A stretch of DNA of 64,000 nucleotides from Patescibacteria group bacterium (GTDB taxonomy: Bacteria; Patescibacteriota; Patescibacteriia; Patescibacteriales; UBA12465). This document shows, piece by piece, positions 8,237 to 17,840 of the stretch. The position numbers were made by a program, and so were the translations under genes. Under the pieces are notes generated by a model. The model had not been told where the DNA came from and ran no database searches. It saw only the letters and a program-made list of their open reading frames with translations. The stretch is from the NCBI GenBank assembly GCA_050943055.1, contig JBMNOL010000001.1:15750-79749 (forward strand), given 5' to 3'. Every line of letters starts with the position of its first letter. Position 1 is the stretch's first letter.

Positions 8237-9925
8237 TTACATTTCTTCTAAATAAATAAGACCCAACAAATCAAAACCATTTTTTAAAACTTGACTGCAA
8301 GCGCGCACTAACTGCAAACGCCCCGCCGCCACTCCCGGCGCCGCCTTCAAAATCGGTCGCTGTTGGTAGTAATCATTAAACGCCTGCGCGAGCTCAAATA
8401 AGTAACGAGCAATTACCGACGGATCGCGCTCATTCGCCCCCTTGATAACTGTTTCTAAATAGCGCTCTAATTTTAAAACCAAGATTAATTCGGGTTCTTC
8501 GTAATTAGGCGCCTCCTTAGTCTCTAAAATTTTTCCGCTTTTACTCAGTAAGCTAGCAACGCGGGCGCCGGTATATTGCAAGTAAGCGGCCGTGTAACCA
8601 TCAAAACGCAAAGCTTCGGTAATATCAAAAGTGATAATTTTATCGGCGGACACTTTAATCATTTCAAATTTTAAAGCACTGACCGCTAAACCGCGCGCTG
8701 TGGTAGCAACTTTTTCCGCCGACCAATCTTCGTGTCGTTTGATAATTTCTTCACGGGCTCTGGCCTCGGCTTCATCTAAAACTTCTTGAAAAGTAATAAC
8801 ATTGCCGGTGCGCGAAGACATCATGCCATTTTTCAAAGTCAAAAAATCATAACCCAGGTGTGTCATTTTTTCTTGATACCCCATCCGCTTTAAGATGGCA
8901 AACAGTTGCTGAAAGTACAAACCTTGACGAATATCCACGACATAAATTGATTCGGCTAGATCATACTTGGCAAATTTAGCCGAAGCTAAAGCCAAATCAG
9001 CAACGGCATAAAGAGCGGTGCCATCAGAACGAATAATGGGCAGAACACCTAGACCTTCGGGCTCTAAATCAGCAATAATAGCGCCTTCGCTTTTTTTCAG
9101 AATCCCCTTAGCCAGCAACTCATCTTTTATTTTTAAGCCTTGATCAATGAAATCACTCTCATAAAAAGTATCATCGAAGTGAATGTTTAAAATCTGATAA
9201 ACAGAGGCAAAATAATCAAGGCTCCACTGGCGAGTCTCCTGCCAGAGCTGATAGACCTCTCCCTGACGACTCTCAATGGCCTTCATGATTTCACTGACCT
9301 CCTGCTTGGCAGTTTCATCGTCGCCAATTAACTGAACAGCTTCACTATAACAACGGCCTAATAAGTAGCCCTTCGGCTCCGTCGCCGTTGCGTATTTTTC
9401 TTGGCGTTGCCAATTCCAAATAGTTTTAGCCGTATGAATACCAAAATCATTAATATAGGAAACAGGGATAACCTTTTCGCCCGCCGCCGCTAAAATCTTA
9501 GCCACCGCCGCTCCGTAAGAAATATTGCGCAGGTGACCAACGTGTAATTCTTTATGCGTATTCCCATTTGAATATTCAATCATGATCGCCGGCGTCTCGC
9601 GCTCGGGCACAGATCCAAAATTTTTACCACCACTAATAATCTCCGTTGTGGCCGTAGTCGTAAAAATATCGGGCTCTAAAAAGAAATTTAAATAAGGCCC
9701 CACCGCCCGCACCTCTTTAATTGCGGCCGGTAAATCCGGGGCCGTGTTCGCTGTGGCCGCTAATTTAGCAGCTAACTCCGGCGCGCTAATTTTTTGTTTG
9801 GTGGCTTCAGTAAAGAGGGGCCAACTCAAGTGCCCCATTTTTGTCTCGGGTGGATAAACAAAATCCGTTGCCGCACAATTAAATTTTTTTGCTAGTTCTT
9901 CTTTTAACTTTTCCAAGTAAACCAT
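8237..9925 (-). CDS. argS: arginine--tRNA ligase
   Basis: 562 aa. Class I HIGH motif (HVGHLRN), KMSK-like MSSRTGNV, and an anticodon-binding DALR-type C-terminus. Confidence 0.85.
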   Translation of the reverse strand: MVYLEKLKEELAKKFNCAATDFVYPPETKMGHLSWPLFTEATKQKISAPELAAKLAATANTAPDLPAAIKEVRAVGPYLNFFLEPDIFTTTATTEIISGGKNFGSVPERETPAIMIEYSNGNTHKELHVGHLRNISYGAAVAKILAAAGEKVIPVSYINDFGIHTAKTIWNWQRQEKYATATEPKGYLLGRCYSEAVQLIGDDETAKQEVSEIMKAIESRQGEVYQLWQETRQWSLDYFASVYQILNIHFDDTFYESDFIDQGLKIKDELLAKGILKKSEGAIIADLEPEGLGVLPIIRSDGTALYAVADLALASAKFAKYDLAESIYVVDIRQGLYFQQLFAILKRMGYQEKMTHLGYDFLTLKNGMMSSRTGNVITFQEVLDEAEARAREEIIKRHEDWSAEKVATTARGLAVSALKFEMIKVSADKIITFDITEALRFDGYTAAYLQYTGARVASLLSKSGKILETKEAPNYEEPELILVLKLERYLETVIKGANERDPSVIARYLFELAQAFNDYYQQRPILKAAPGVAAGRLQLVRACSQVLKNGFDLLGLIYLEEM

Positions 9926-10081
9926 AAAAATAAATCTACTCCCAAACCACCAAGAGCGACAGCTTGGAATACTCCCGTTAAATATGCTACAATGTTAACA
10001 AATCTGTCAGTGTTTTTCAATCTTTAAACGCTGTCTTAAAATTTTATTTTTTGCTAAATTTTAAAAAATATTTTTAACTCT

Positions 10082-11152
10082 ATGTCTATCCATCGACCCA
10101 TTTTGAGCGCCTCCTGGCGCTTGGCAACGCGCCGAAAAAAACTCTGGGTTTTTGGTTTTTTTGCCCTCCTGGTTTTTATCGGTGGCGAATACCAGATTAT
10201 TAATCAATCTTTAAATAGTGGCTGGGGCGCTAATATTTATGAACGTCTTCTTGCCAGTAGCAGCTTTTCACCGGAACTCTGGAGCGCACTTCTTGAAGCT
10301 CTAAGCGTTGACTGGCGCACCAGTTTAGCGGTTATTATTTTGATTCTTCTGGTTGCCGGTCTCTTATTCGCGGTTCTTTGGCTCGCGGTTAAATCGCAAA
10401 TTGCCTTAATTCGTTGGGCCAAAAAAGATCACGCGGGCGAAGGCGATGAGGAAATTAGTTTGTGGGATGCCTTCACAGTCAAAGATGGTCGGTTTTGGCG
10501 CGTTTTAGCGGTCGGTGTTTTGGTAGAAATTATTATTTTTGCGGTCGGCGTCTTTTTAAGTCTGCCTTTAATTTATCTGTATTTTAAAAACTCTCTCTGG
10601 GCTATCGCCGCTTACTCCTTATTCTTCTTAATTTTGATTCCGGTCGCCGTTTCCTGCTCACTCTTAGCTAAATACGCCATGGCCGAAATAGTTTTAAACA
10701 AAAAAGGGTTCACTGCCGGCGTCATTAGTGCTGTTGAGCTATTTAAAAAGAATTGGTTGGTTAGCTTAGAGATGGCTTTGATTCTTTTCTTTATCAACTT
10801 TACCGTTAGCTTTATAATTCTCTTCCTCTTAACTTTTGTAGCCTTCCCAATTATGCTAACTTTGATGATCTTTGGCCTAGCCCTCCCGCTGGCATTACTG
10901 ATTCTTACTTGTTTTCTCCTGATAGTTTCCGTCGCTTCTTTCTTGATGACTTTCCAAACTACCGCTTGGACCAATCTCTACTTGGAAATTAAAGAACACG
11001 GTGCGCCCGCTAAAATTGAAAGAATTTTTGAAAAAGGTAAAAGCCCTAAAAAACCTAAGGCGGACAAGGCTCCTGACAAAACTACCAAAGAACCCGCTTC
11101 TAAAAAGCCCCGCCTTACCACCAAAAAAACTACTCCTAAGAAAAAATCCTAA
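10082..11152 (+). CDS. polytopic membrane protein with Lys/Pro-rich C-terminal tail (function unknown)
   Basis: 356 aa with 6-8 hydrophobic helices and a C-terminal KKPKADKAPDKTTKEPASKKPRLTTKKTTPKKKS tail. It is immediately upstream of the tandem ATPase gene (4-nt gap). An extended -10 TGcTACAAT sits upstream. Confidence 0.5.
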   Translation: MSIHRPILSASWRLATRRKKLWVFGFFALLVFIGGEYQIINQSLNSGWGANIYERLLASSSFSPELWSALLEALSVDWRTSLAVIILILLVAGLLFAVLWLAVKSQIALIRWAKKDHAGEGDEEISLWDAFTVKDGRFWRVLAVGVLVEIIIFAVGVFLSLPLIYLYFKNSLWAIAAYSLFFLILIPVAVSCSLLAKYAMAEIVLNKKGFTAGVISAVELFKKNWLVSLEMALILFFINFTVSFIILFLLTFVAFPIMLTLMIFGLALPLALLILTCFLLIVSVASFLMTFQTTAWTNLYLEIKEHGAPAKIERIFEKGKSPKKPKADKAPDKTTKEPASKKPRLTTKKTTPKKKS

Positions 11153-11155
11153 GCT

Positions 11156-14100
11156 ATGAGTCTGAGCTCCATTGACAATTTAATTACCGACGAGGAGCCG
11201 GAAGAAGGCTCACCTTTAGATAACTTTTCTCGAAAACAGAAAGAAATTAAAGTGCGCGAAATCGAACGCGAAGCGGAAGGGCGAGCCCGACTCCTCGGGC
11301 TTCCTTATATTAATCTAGATAGTTTTCCGATTAGCGGCGATGCTTTAGGTTTAATAGAGGAAATGAAGGCTCGCGATTTAAACTTGGTTTGCTTTTTTTA
11401 TGACGGCAAAGATTTTAGATTAGGGACCACTAACCCCACTACCGAAGTAAAAGAATTTGCCGAAGAGCTCCAAAAAAAATTATACGCCAATGGGGTTTTA
11501 TTTTTTATTTCCGAAAATAGTTTACAACACGCTCTTGAGCTTTACAAAAACCTGCCAAAAGTCACCCCTTACACGGGAACGGTCGAAATCAGCCCCCAAA
11601 AATTAGTAGAGTTCCAGGAAGACCTGGCTGATTATCGCAAGCTAAACGAACGGATCAACGAAGTTAATATCAGTGATGTTATTACTTTAATTTTGGCGGC
11701 TGCTATTCGTTCCGGATCTAGTGATATTCATATTGAAGCGGAAGCTCGCGGCTCGGTTATTCGCCTCCGCATTGATGGTGTTTTACACGAAGCGGCAGTT
11801 ATTACTGGTGAGAAGTGGCGACGAATAGCTACCCGTCTAAAAATTCTCGCTAAAGCAAAAATTAATATCACCGACCAGCCTCAGGATGGTCGTTTTAGTG
11901 TTCGCTTTAACGATCGCAAGCTTGATGTCCGCTGCTCTTTTTTACCAACAGCTTTTGGTGAGAGTGTGGCGCTGCGCCTACTCGACTCCTCCGCCCAATC
12001 TTTATCTTTTGAGCGCCTCGGTTTACGAACGGAAGTTTTAAAAATACTGAAAGCGCAAATCAAGAAACCAAACGGCATGATTTTAACCGCTGGTCCGACC
12101 GGCTCCGGAAAAACGACGACTCTTTATGCGATTTTAAACGAATTAAATAAGCCGAATATAAAGATTATTACTCTAGAAAACCCGATTGAATATCAGTTAC
12201 CGGGGATTAACCAGAGTCAAATTTCTGAAGATAAGGGCTATACTTTTGCCGAGGCCTTACGCTCGGTCTTGCGCCAAGATCCAAATATTTTAATGGTTGG
12301 CGAAATCCGCGATTCGGAAACAGCTAAGATTGCTTTACAATCTTCAATTACTGGCCATTTAGTTTTATCAACCATACATACCAATGATGCCGCGGGCGTG
12401 ATTCCGCGCTTACTAGATTTAGAAGTTGAACCTTATCTACTGCCACCGGCTCTAAACGTCGTTATCGGTCAACGTTTAGTGCGCCGGCTCTGTCCGCACT
12501 GCCGCGAATCTCACGAATTGAGTAATCTAGAAAAAGAACAAGTTAATAAAATTATTGGGGTCATTTCACCAAAGTCGGGCATAAGCGTCCCCGACCAGTT
12601 GCCTCCTCTCTGGAAAGCAGGCAAAGGTTGCCCAGAATGCAGTTATACCGGATACCATGGCCGAATTGGAATTTACGAACTGTTTACGATGGATGAAAAA
12701 ATAAAACAGTTAACCATTGATCGGGCGCCGTCTTTTAAAATTCTGCAACAAGCCATTGAGAATGGAATGATCACCATGCTTCAAGATGGTATTTTAAAAT
12801 GTTTTGAAGGTATTACTTCAATTGAAGAGGTTTATCGTGTAGTCGGTGATTTTGATTATATCAACGAAATCTACGATATCGTTATTTCTCAAACTATTGG
12901 TCGCGGTCTAATCATCAAGGAGGCTGACCTTACCCAAGCGAAAGAAACCCCGGTTGATGTTAAGACGCTTTCAGAACAGGTTAAAGTAATATCGCCCCGA
13001 GAAATTGTTAATTTGATTATGTCGCTAGCGATTGTTAAAGACGCGGGCGATGTTCACATTGAACCAACCGATAATTTAGTTAAAGTTCGTTTTCGAATTG
13101 ATGGCGTCTTACACGACATTGTTAATCTCCCCAAAACTTCCTATTTGCCGGTTTTAGCGGAAATGAAGATTTTAGCCGGCTTCGAAACCAACGTTAAGCG
13201 CGCCACTCTTGATGGCCGCTTTAGCTTGCATCTGCCCCAACAAAAAATGGACTGCCGCATTTCTATTATCTCTGGCGGCTACGGGGAAACGATTGTAATT
13301 CGTTTATTATCGGCGGCCGCGGTGAATTTAGATTTAGAAAAACTAGGTGTCAATGGTCCTTCTTTTGATTATTTGACTAAGGCGATGTCTAAGACTAAGG
13401 GCATTATTATTACCACCGGACCAACCGGCTCCGGTAAAACCACCACCCTCTACGCAATTTTGAATAAGTTAAATCGGCCCGATATTAAAATTATCACTGT
13501 TGAAGATCCAATTGAGTATCAACTACCAGGGACCATTCAAACTCAGATTGATACCGAACGGGGCTACACTTTTGCCTCGGCCATGCGCTCCTTGCTACGT
13601 CAAAATCCAAACATCATGATGATTGGCGAAATCCGCGATGCGGAAACCGCCAAAATTGCGATTGAAGCGGCCTCAACGGGGCACTTAGTGCTCTCGACGA
13701 TTCACGCTAATTCGGCGGCAGGAGCGATTTCTCGTTTCTCCGGTTTAGGAGTTGAGCGCCAAGCGCTGGCTAACACCTTAGAGTTTTCTATCGGCCAACG
13801 CCTGGTCCGTCGTCTTTGTAAATATTGCCGCCAGCCCGCACACATCGACGAGGAAACTCTCAGCCACGTACGCAGCATTTTATTACAAATTAAAAATCCT
13901 AAAATTAAAATCCCCCAAGATTTAATATTTTATACCGCTCCTGGTTGTCCGCACTGCAACCATATTGGCTACAAAGGAAGAGTGGGGATCTATGAGACTA
14001 TCACTACTACACCCACCATCATGAAACTGATTCAAGATAACCTCATTACCGATTATGAAATTGAGCAAGCGGCGATTGCGGAAGGAATGGTGCCAATTGT

Positions 14101-14167
14101 AGTTGATGGCATTTTAAAAGCTTTAGCCGGAGAAACCAGTTTAGACGAAATTTTTAGAGTAATTTAA
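11156..14167 (+). CDS. tandem-duplicated PilB/GspE-family secretion ATPase (two complete T2SS-E ATPase modules fused in one 1003-aa protein)
   Basis: Module 1 has a GSPII_E N-terminal domain, Walker A GPTGSGKTTTLYAILNEL, Walker B/Asp box LMVGEIRDSETA, His box GHLVLSTIHTND and a tetracysteine CPHC...CPEC. Module 2 has an N2-like domain, Walker A GPTGSGKTTTLYAILNKL, IMMIGEIRDAETA, GHLVLSTIHANS and CKYC...CPHC. Confidence 0.85.
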   Translation: MSLSSIDNLITDEEPEEGSPLDNFSRKQKEIKVREIEREAEGRARLLGLPYINLDSFPISGDALGLIEEMKARDLNLVCFFYDGKDFRLGTTNPTTEVKEFAEELQKKLYANGVLFFISENSLQHALELYKNLPKVTPYTGTVEISPQKLVEFQEDLADYRKLNERINEVNISDVITLILAAAIRSGSSDIHIEAEARGSVIRLRIDGVLHEAAVITGEKWRRIATRLKILAKAKINITDQPQDGRFSVRFNDRKLDVRCSFLPTAFGESVALRLLDSSAQSLSFERLGLRTEVLKILKAQIKKPNGMILTAGPTGSGKTTTLYAILNELNKPNIKIITLENPIEYQLPGINQSQISEDKGYTFAEALRSVLRQDPNILMVGEIRDSETAKIALQSSITGHLVLSTIHTNDAAGVIPRLLDLEVEPYLLPPALNVVIGQRLVRRLCPHCRESHELSNLEKEQVNKIIGVISPKSGISVPDQLPPLWKAGKGCPECSYTGYHGRIGIYELFTMDEKIKQLTIDRAPSFKILQQAIENGMITMLQDGILKCFEGITSIEEVYRVVGDFDYINEIYDIVISQTIGRGLIIKEADLTQAKETPVDVKTLSEQVKVISPREIVNLIMSLAIVKDAGDVHIEPTDNLVKVRFRIDGVLHDIVNLPKTSYLPVLAEMKILAGFETNVKRATLDGRFSLHLPQQKMDCRISIISGGYGETIVIRLLSAAAVNLDLEKLGVNGPSFDYLTKAMSKTKGIIITTGPTGSGKTTTLYAILNKLNRPDIKIITVEDPIEYQLPGTIQTQIDTERGYTFASAMRSLLRQNPNIMMIGEIRDAETAKIAIEAASTGHLVLSTIHANSAAGAISRFSGLGVERQALANTLEFSIGQRLVRRLCKYCRQPAHIDEETLSHVRSILLQIKNPKIKIPQDLIFYTAPGCPHCNHIGYKGRVGIYETITTTPTIMKLIQDNLITDYEIEQAAIAEGMVPIVVDGILKALAGETSLDEIFRVI

Positions 14168-14170
14168 TTT

Positions 14171-14746
14171 ATGCTTAATAAGAAATTTTTTGCTGATTTA
14201 ATTGCTAATTATCGTGACCAATCCGAATCACGACGAGAGATTATCGCCGCCACCGCTCCAGTGTTATTTGCGGCCAAAACAGCCATCTTCTCTCTACACC
14301 GAGGCGAAGAAGAAAAGGCGCGCCAATATTTAGAAACGGCCACAACCACTCTAAAAACTTTACAAACAGACTATTCGATTAAACGACTAGAAGAAGAAGG
14401 TACTTACCGAGCGGCGGTTGAAGAATTTGCTGAAGCCTCCTTCTTGGAACAAGTAGTTTTAAAAAATACTTTAAGTGCTAATCCTGAAGTCACCTTAAAC
14501 CACGAAGCTTACTTGGGTGGCTTATGTGATTTAGTTGGCGAGTTAGTCCGCTTGGCAACCAACAGGGCCGCGGCCGGACAACTTGAAGCGCCCGCGGAAT
14601 TAAAAATCTTAGCTGACGAAATCCTGGCGACTTTAGCGCCGGCAAATTTTACCAGCTATTTGCGAACAAAATACGACCAAGCTAATAGCCACCTGCGCAA
14701 ACTTGAACAGATGGCTTACGAAATTCGTTTACGTCAAAACACATGA
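14171..14746 (+). CDS. translin-family protein (bacterial homologue)
   Basis: 191 aa. The segment NHEAYLGGLCDLVGELVRLATNRAAAGQLE matches the conserved translin/TRAX core (compare human YLLGVADLTGELMRLAI). The protein is all-helical and sits 4 nt after the ATPase gene. Confidence 0.6.
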   Translation: MLNKKFFADLIANYRDQSESRREIIAATAPVLFAAKTAIFSLHRGEEEKARQYLETATTTLKTLQTDYSIKRLEEEGTYRAAVEEFAEASFLEQVVLKNTLSANPEVTLNHEAYLGGLCDLVGELVRLATNRAAAGQLEAPAELKILADEILATLAPANFTSYLRTKYDQANSHLRKLEQMAYEIRLRQNT

Positions 14747-15237
14747 GCTTAGTAGCAATTTTTTCCGATCTCCATGACAATCTAAGTAACTTAGATTTAT
14801 TTTTAACTAAGGCCCGCGCCCAAAAAGTCGCGGCCCTTATTTTTACCGGCGACCTAACCAGTGCCGAAACCTTAGATTATCTCGTCTCGCAGTGGGACAG
14901 GCCGCTCTATTTAGTTAGTGGCAATGCTGATTTTTTTCGAAGTAATGATGTTAAAAAACACCCCCACCTTATTTATGCGGAGAATTATTTAGATTTTACT
15001 TACGAGAATTTTCACTTCTTAATTGCTCACAAGCCAACAGATTTAAAAAAAATTCTCGTCACTAACACTGTTTACGATTTCGCTTTTTATGGTCACACGC
15101 ACCGGCCCTGGATTAAAAATGAAGGCGGTGTAATTATCGCCAACCCCGGCAACTTAAAAGATGGCTTTGGCCAAGCCACCTACGCTCTTTTAGACACAAG
15201 GAGTGGTCACTTAAAATTAAAAAAACTGAGCGATTAA
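14743..15237 (+). CDS. metallophosphoesterase (YfcE/MJ0936-like calcineurin-type phosphoesterase)
   Basis: Motifs DLHDN, GDLTS, GNAD and GHTHRPW. The ATGA start overlaps the translin gene stop. Confidence 0.8.
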   Translation: MSLVAIFSDLHDNLSNLDLFLTKARAQKVAALIFTGDLTSAETLDYLVSQWDRPLYLVSGNADFFRSNDVKKHPHLIYAENYLDFTYENFHFLIAHKPTDLKKILVTNTVYDFAFYGHTHRPWIKNEGGVIIANPGNLKDGFGQATYALLDTRSGHLKLKKLSD

Positions 15238-15243
15238 CAAAAA

Positions 15244-15270
15244 CGGCTCCAGTCAGGAGCCGTTTTTTTA
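15244..15270. terminator. bidirectional terminator
   Basis: CGGCTCC-agtc-AGGAGCCG hairpin flanked by A-run and T-run. It serves the + operon and uvrA on the minus strand. Confidence 0.7.
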
Positions 15271-17727
15271 TTTCAATTTTCGTAGATATTGACCGGTATA
15301 GCTTTCTTTTACTTTCGCTACTTGAGCAGGAGTCCCGGCAGCAACCAGGTAGCCTCCCGCCTTCCCGCCTTCTGGTCCCAAATCAATCAACCAATCACAA
15401 GTTTTAATCAAATCTAAATTATGTTCAATCACCAAAACGGTATTCCCTTGCTCAACTAAAAGATTAAGAACTTTTAAGAGGCGATCAATATCGGCAAAAT
15501 GCAGGCCGGTGGTGGGCTCGTCTAAAATATAAAGAGTTCGGCCGGTTGAACGTCTCGCCAGCTCTGTCGCCAGTTTAATTCGTTGAGCTTCACCGCCAGA
15601 AAAAGTAGTCGCAGCTTGACCCAGTTTTATGTAACCCAAACCAACTTGATCTAAGATTTCTAACTTATGATGCAACGCGCTTTGATCACGAAAAAAAGAA
15701 AGCGCTTCTTTAACTGTTAAGTTGAGGACTTCAAAAATATTTTTTCCCTGGTATTTAACGGCGAGAACTTTAGGTTTAAAGCGCTTACCACCACAAGCTT
15801 CGCAATTCAAATAAACATCGGCCAAAAATTGCATCTCTACTTTTATCAGGCCATCACCGCGGCAGGTTTCACAACGACCACCGGGAACATTAAAAGAAAA
15901 ATCTCCCGCCGTTAAACCGCGGGTTTTCGATTCTGGTAAATTCGCATAGAGGTCGCGAACATAACTAAAAATACCCGTATAGGTAGCCGGATTAGATCGA
16001 GGTGTCCGCCCAATTGGTGACTGATCAATAGCGATCACCTTATCAATATTTTCCAGGCCGATGATTTTTTTATGTTTACCTGGGACTGCCTTAGCTCGAT
16101 AAAAATGACGATTTAAAGCCTTGGCCAAAATATCATTCATTAAAGTAGATTTCCCCGACCCCGAGACTCCGGTAATCGCCACTAATTTACCGAGGGGTAA
16201 GCTCACATCAATATTTTTTAAATTATGTTCGCTCGCACCAATAATCTCTAAGAATTTACCCGTCCCTAAATGATCGCGACCGCGCGGTTGAATTTTTTTA
16301 CGACCGGCTAAATAATCGCCGGTTAAAGACTTCGGGCAGTTAACAATCTCACTGGGAGGGCCGGCATAAATAATCTCACCGCCATACTCACCTGCCCCAG
16401 GGCCAATATCAATTAAGTAGTCCGCTGATCGCATCATTTGCGCATCATGCTCGACGACAATCACAGTATTACCGTTATCACGCAGGCTCTTCAAAATTTC
16501 AATCAGTTTCTGATTATCCCTTTCGTGCAAACCAATTGAAGGTTCGTCTAAAATATAGATGACGCCACTTAGCCCGGCTCCGGCTTGAGTGGCCAGGCGT
16601 AAACGTTGAGCTTCGCCACCAGAAAGACTTGCCGCCCCGCGAGATAAACTTAAATAGCCTAAACCAACGTGTTGTAAAAATTTTACCTTTTTTAAAACCT
16701 CGGTTAGAATTGGCTGGGTTACGGCCGTTAAGCCAGTTTTCGCCGCTAACCATTTATTGAGTACTTCAGAAAAAGAATCAAGATCTAAATCGGTTAAAGC
16801 GGCTAAATTATAATTATGAAATTTTACTGCTAAGGCTTCGGGGTTTAAACGCGCGCCCTGACAAGCGCGGCACGTAAAAGACAACATCGCTTTTTCAAGC
16901 TCCTGTTTAACAAAGTTAGATCGCGTTTCTTGATAACGTTTATTTAAGTAAGCAATTACGCCGTCAAATTTAGAGTCGCCATACAATAAAGCTTTTTTTT
17001 GCTCTTCTTTTAAATCTTTGATTTCCGTATCCAAAGTAAAACCCTCTCGAGCGGCCAGTGCCGCCAGGTCTCGAAGTAATTCTTGCTGACGGTTAGAATT
17101 ATTGAAAGACAAAACTTTAATTGCTCCTTGAGCCAAACTTAATTTTTGATTAAAAATTAAACTTTCTTCCACCAATAATTCTGTTCCCAGTCCGGTACAA
17201 GTTGGGCAGGCCCCGGCTGTAGAGTTAAAAGAAAAATCGCGAGCTTCAAGCGGTAAACGGCAATAGCCGCAAGTCGGACACTCCCAACTGCCATTAATCT
17301 TAGTGACATCTGGACTATCTTTTTGGCACTTAACTTTTTTTAATTTAGCGCCACAATGAGGGCAAAAAGGAACGCCGGCCCGAGCATAGAGCAGGCGCAG
17401 ATAATCATAAATTTCAGTAATAGTCCCAACGGTTGAGCGCGGATTATTGCCTATTGTGCGCTGATCAATAGAAATTGCGGGTGATAAACCCTCAATAATA
17501 TCCACCTCCGGACGATCACTTAAATTCATAAATTGACGGGCGTAAGAAGATAGTGATTCAACATAACGACGCTGCCCTTCAGCATAAATCGTGTCAAAAG
17601 CCAATGAGGATTTGCCGGAACCAGACAAACCGGTAATCACCGTTAATTGATTACGCGGAATCGTTAGGCTTAAATTTTTTAAATTATTCGCACGTGCCCC
17701 TTTTATTTTTATAAAATCAACCGCCAT
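15268..17727 (-). CDS. uvrA: excinuclease ABC subunit A (UvrA), short 819-aa form
   Basis: Two ABC modules: Walker [10 protein letters not shown] and GVSGSGKST, signature LSGGEAQRL and FSGGEAQRI, Zn-finger cysteine pairs. It is about 120 aa shorter than E. coli UvrA in the first half. Confidence 0.9.
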   Translation of the reverse strand: MAVDFIKIKGARANNLKNLSLTIPRNQLTVITGLSGSGKSSLAFDTIYAEGQRRYVESLSSYARQFMNLSDRPEVDIIEGLSPAISIDQRTIGNNPRSTVGTITEIYDYLRLLYARAGVPFCPHCGAKLKKVKCQKDSPDVTKINGSWECPTCGYCRLPLEARDFSFNSTAGACPTCTGLGTELLVEESLIFNQKLSLAQGAIKVLSFNNSNRQQELLRDLAALAAREGFTLDTEIKDLKEEQKKALLYGDSKFDGVIAYLNKRYQETRSNFVKQELEKAMLSFTCRACQGARLNPEALAVKFHNYNLAALTDLDLDSFSEVLNKWLAAKTGLTAVTQPILTEVLKKVKFLQHVGLGYLSLSRGAASLSGGEAQRLRLATQAGAGLSGVIYILDEPSIGLHERDNQKLIEILKSLRDNGNTVIVVEHDAQMMRSADYLIDIGPGAGEYGGEIIYAGPPSEIVNCPKSLTGDYLAGRKKIQPRGRDHLGTGKFLEIIGASEHNLKNIDVSLPLGKLVAITGVSGSGKSTLMNDILAKALNRHFYRAKAVPGKHKKIIGLENIDKVIAIDQSPIGRTPRSNPATYTGIFSYVRDLYANLPESKTRGLTAGDFSFNVPGGRCETCRGDGLIKVEMQFLADVYLNCEACGGKRFKPKVLAVKYQGKNIFEVLNLTVKEALSFFRDQSALHHKLEILDQVGLGYIKLGQAATTFSGGEAQRIKLATELARRSTGRTLYILDEPTTGLHFADIDRLLKVLNLLVEQGNTVLVIEHNLDLIKTCDWLIDLGPEGGKAGGYLVAAGTPAQVAKVKESYTGQYLRKLK

Positions 17728-17840
17728 AAAGTCGAAATTTAGAAAATTATTAGCCTAGATTATAAATGTTATTAACCAATAAATCAAGAGCCGGCCAATC
17801 AAAAAACGGCCTTAAGGCCGTCCTGACTGAATCTTTTCTC

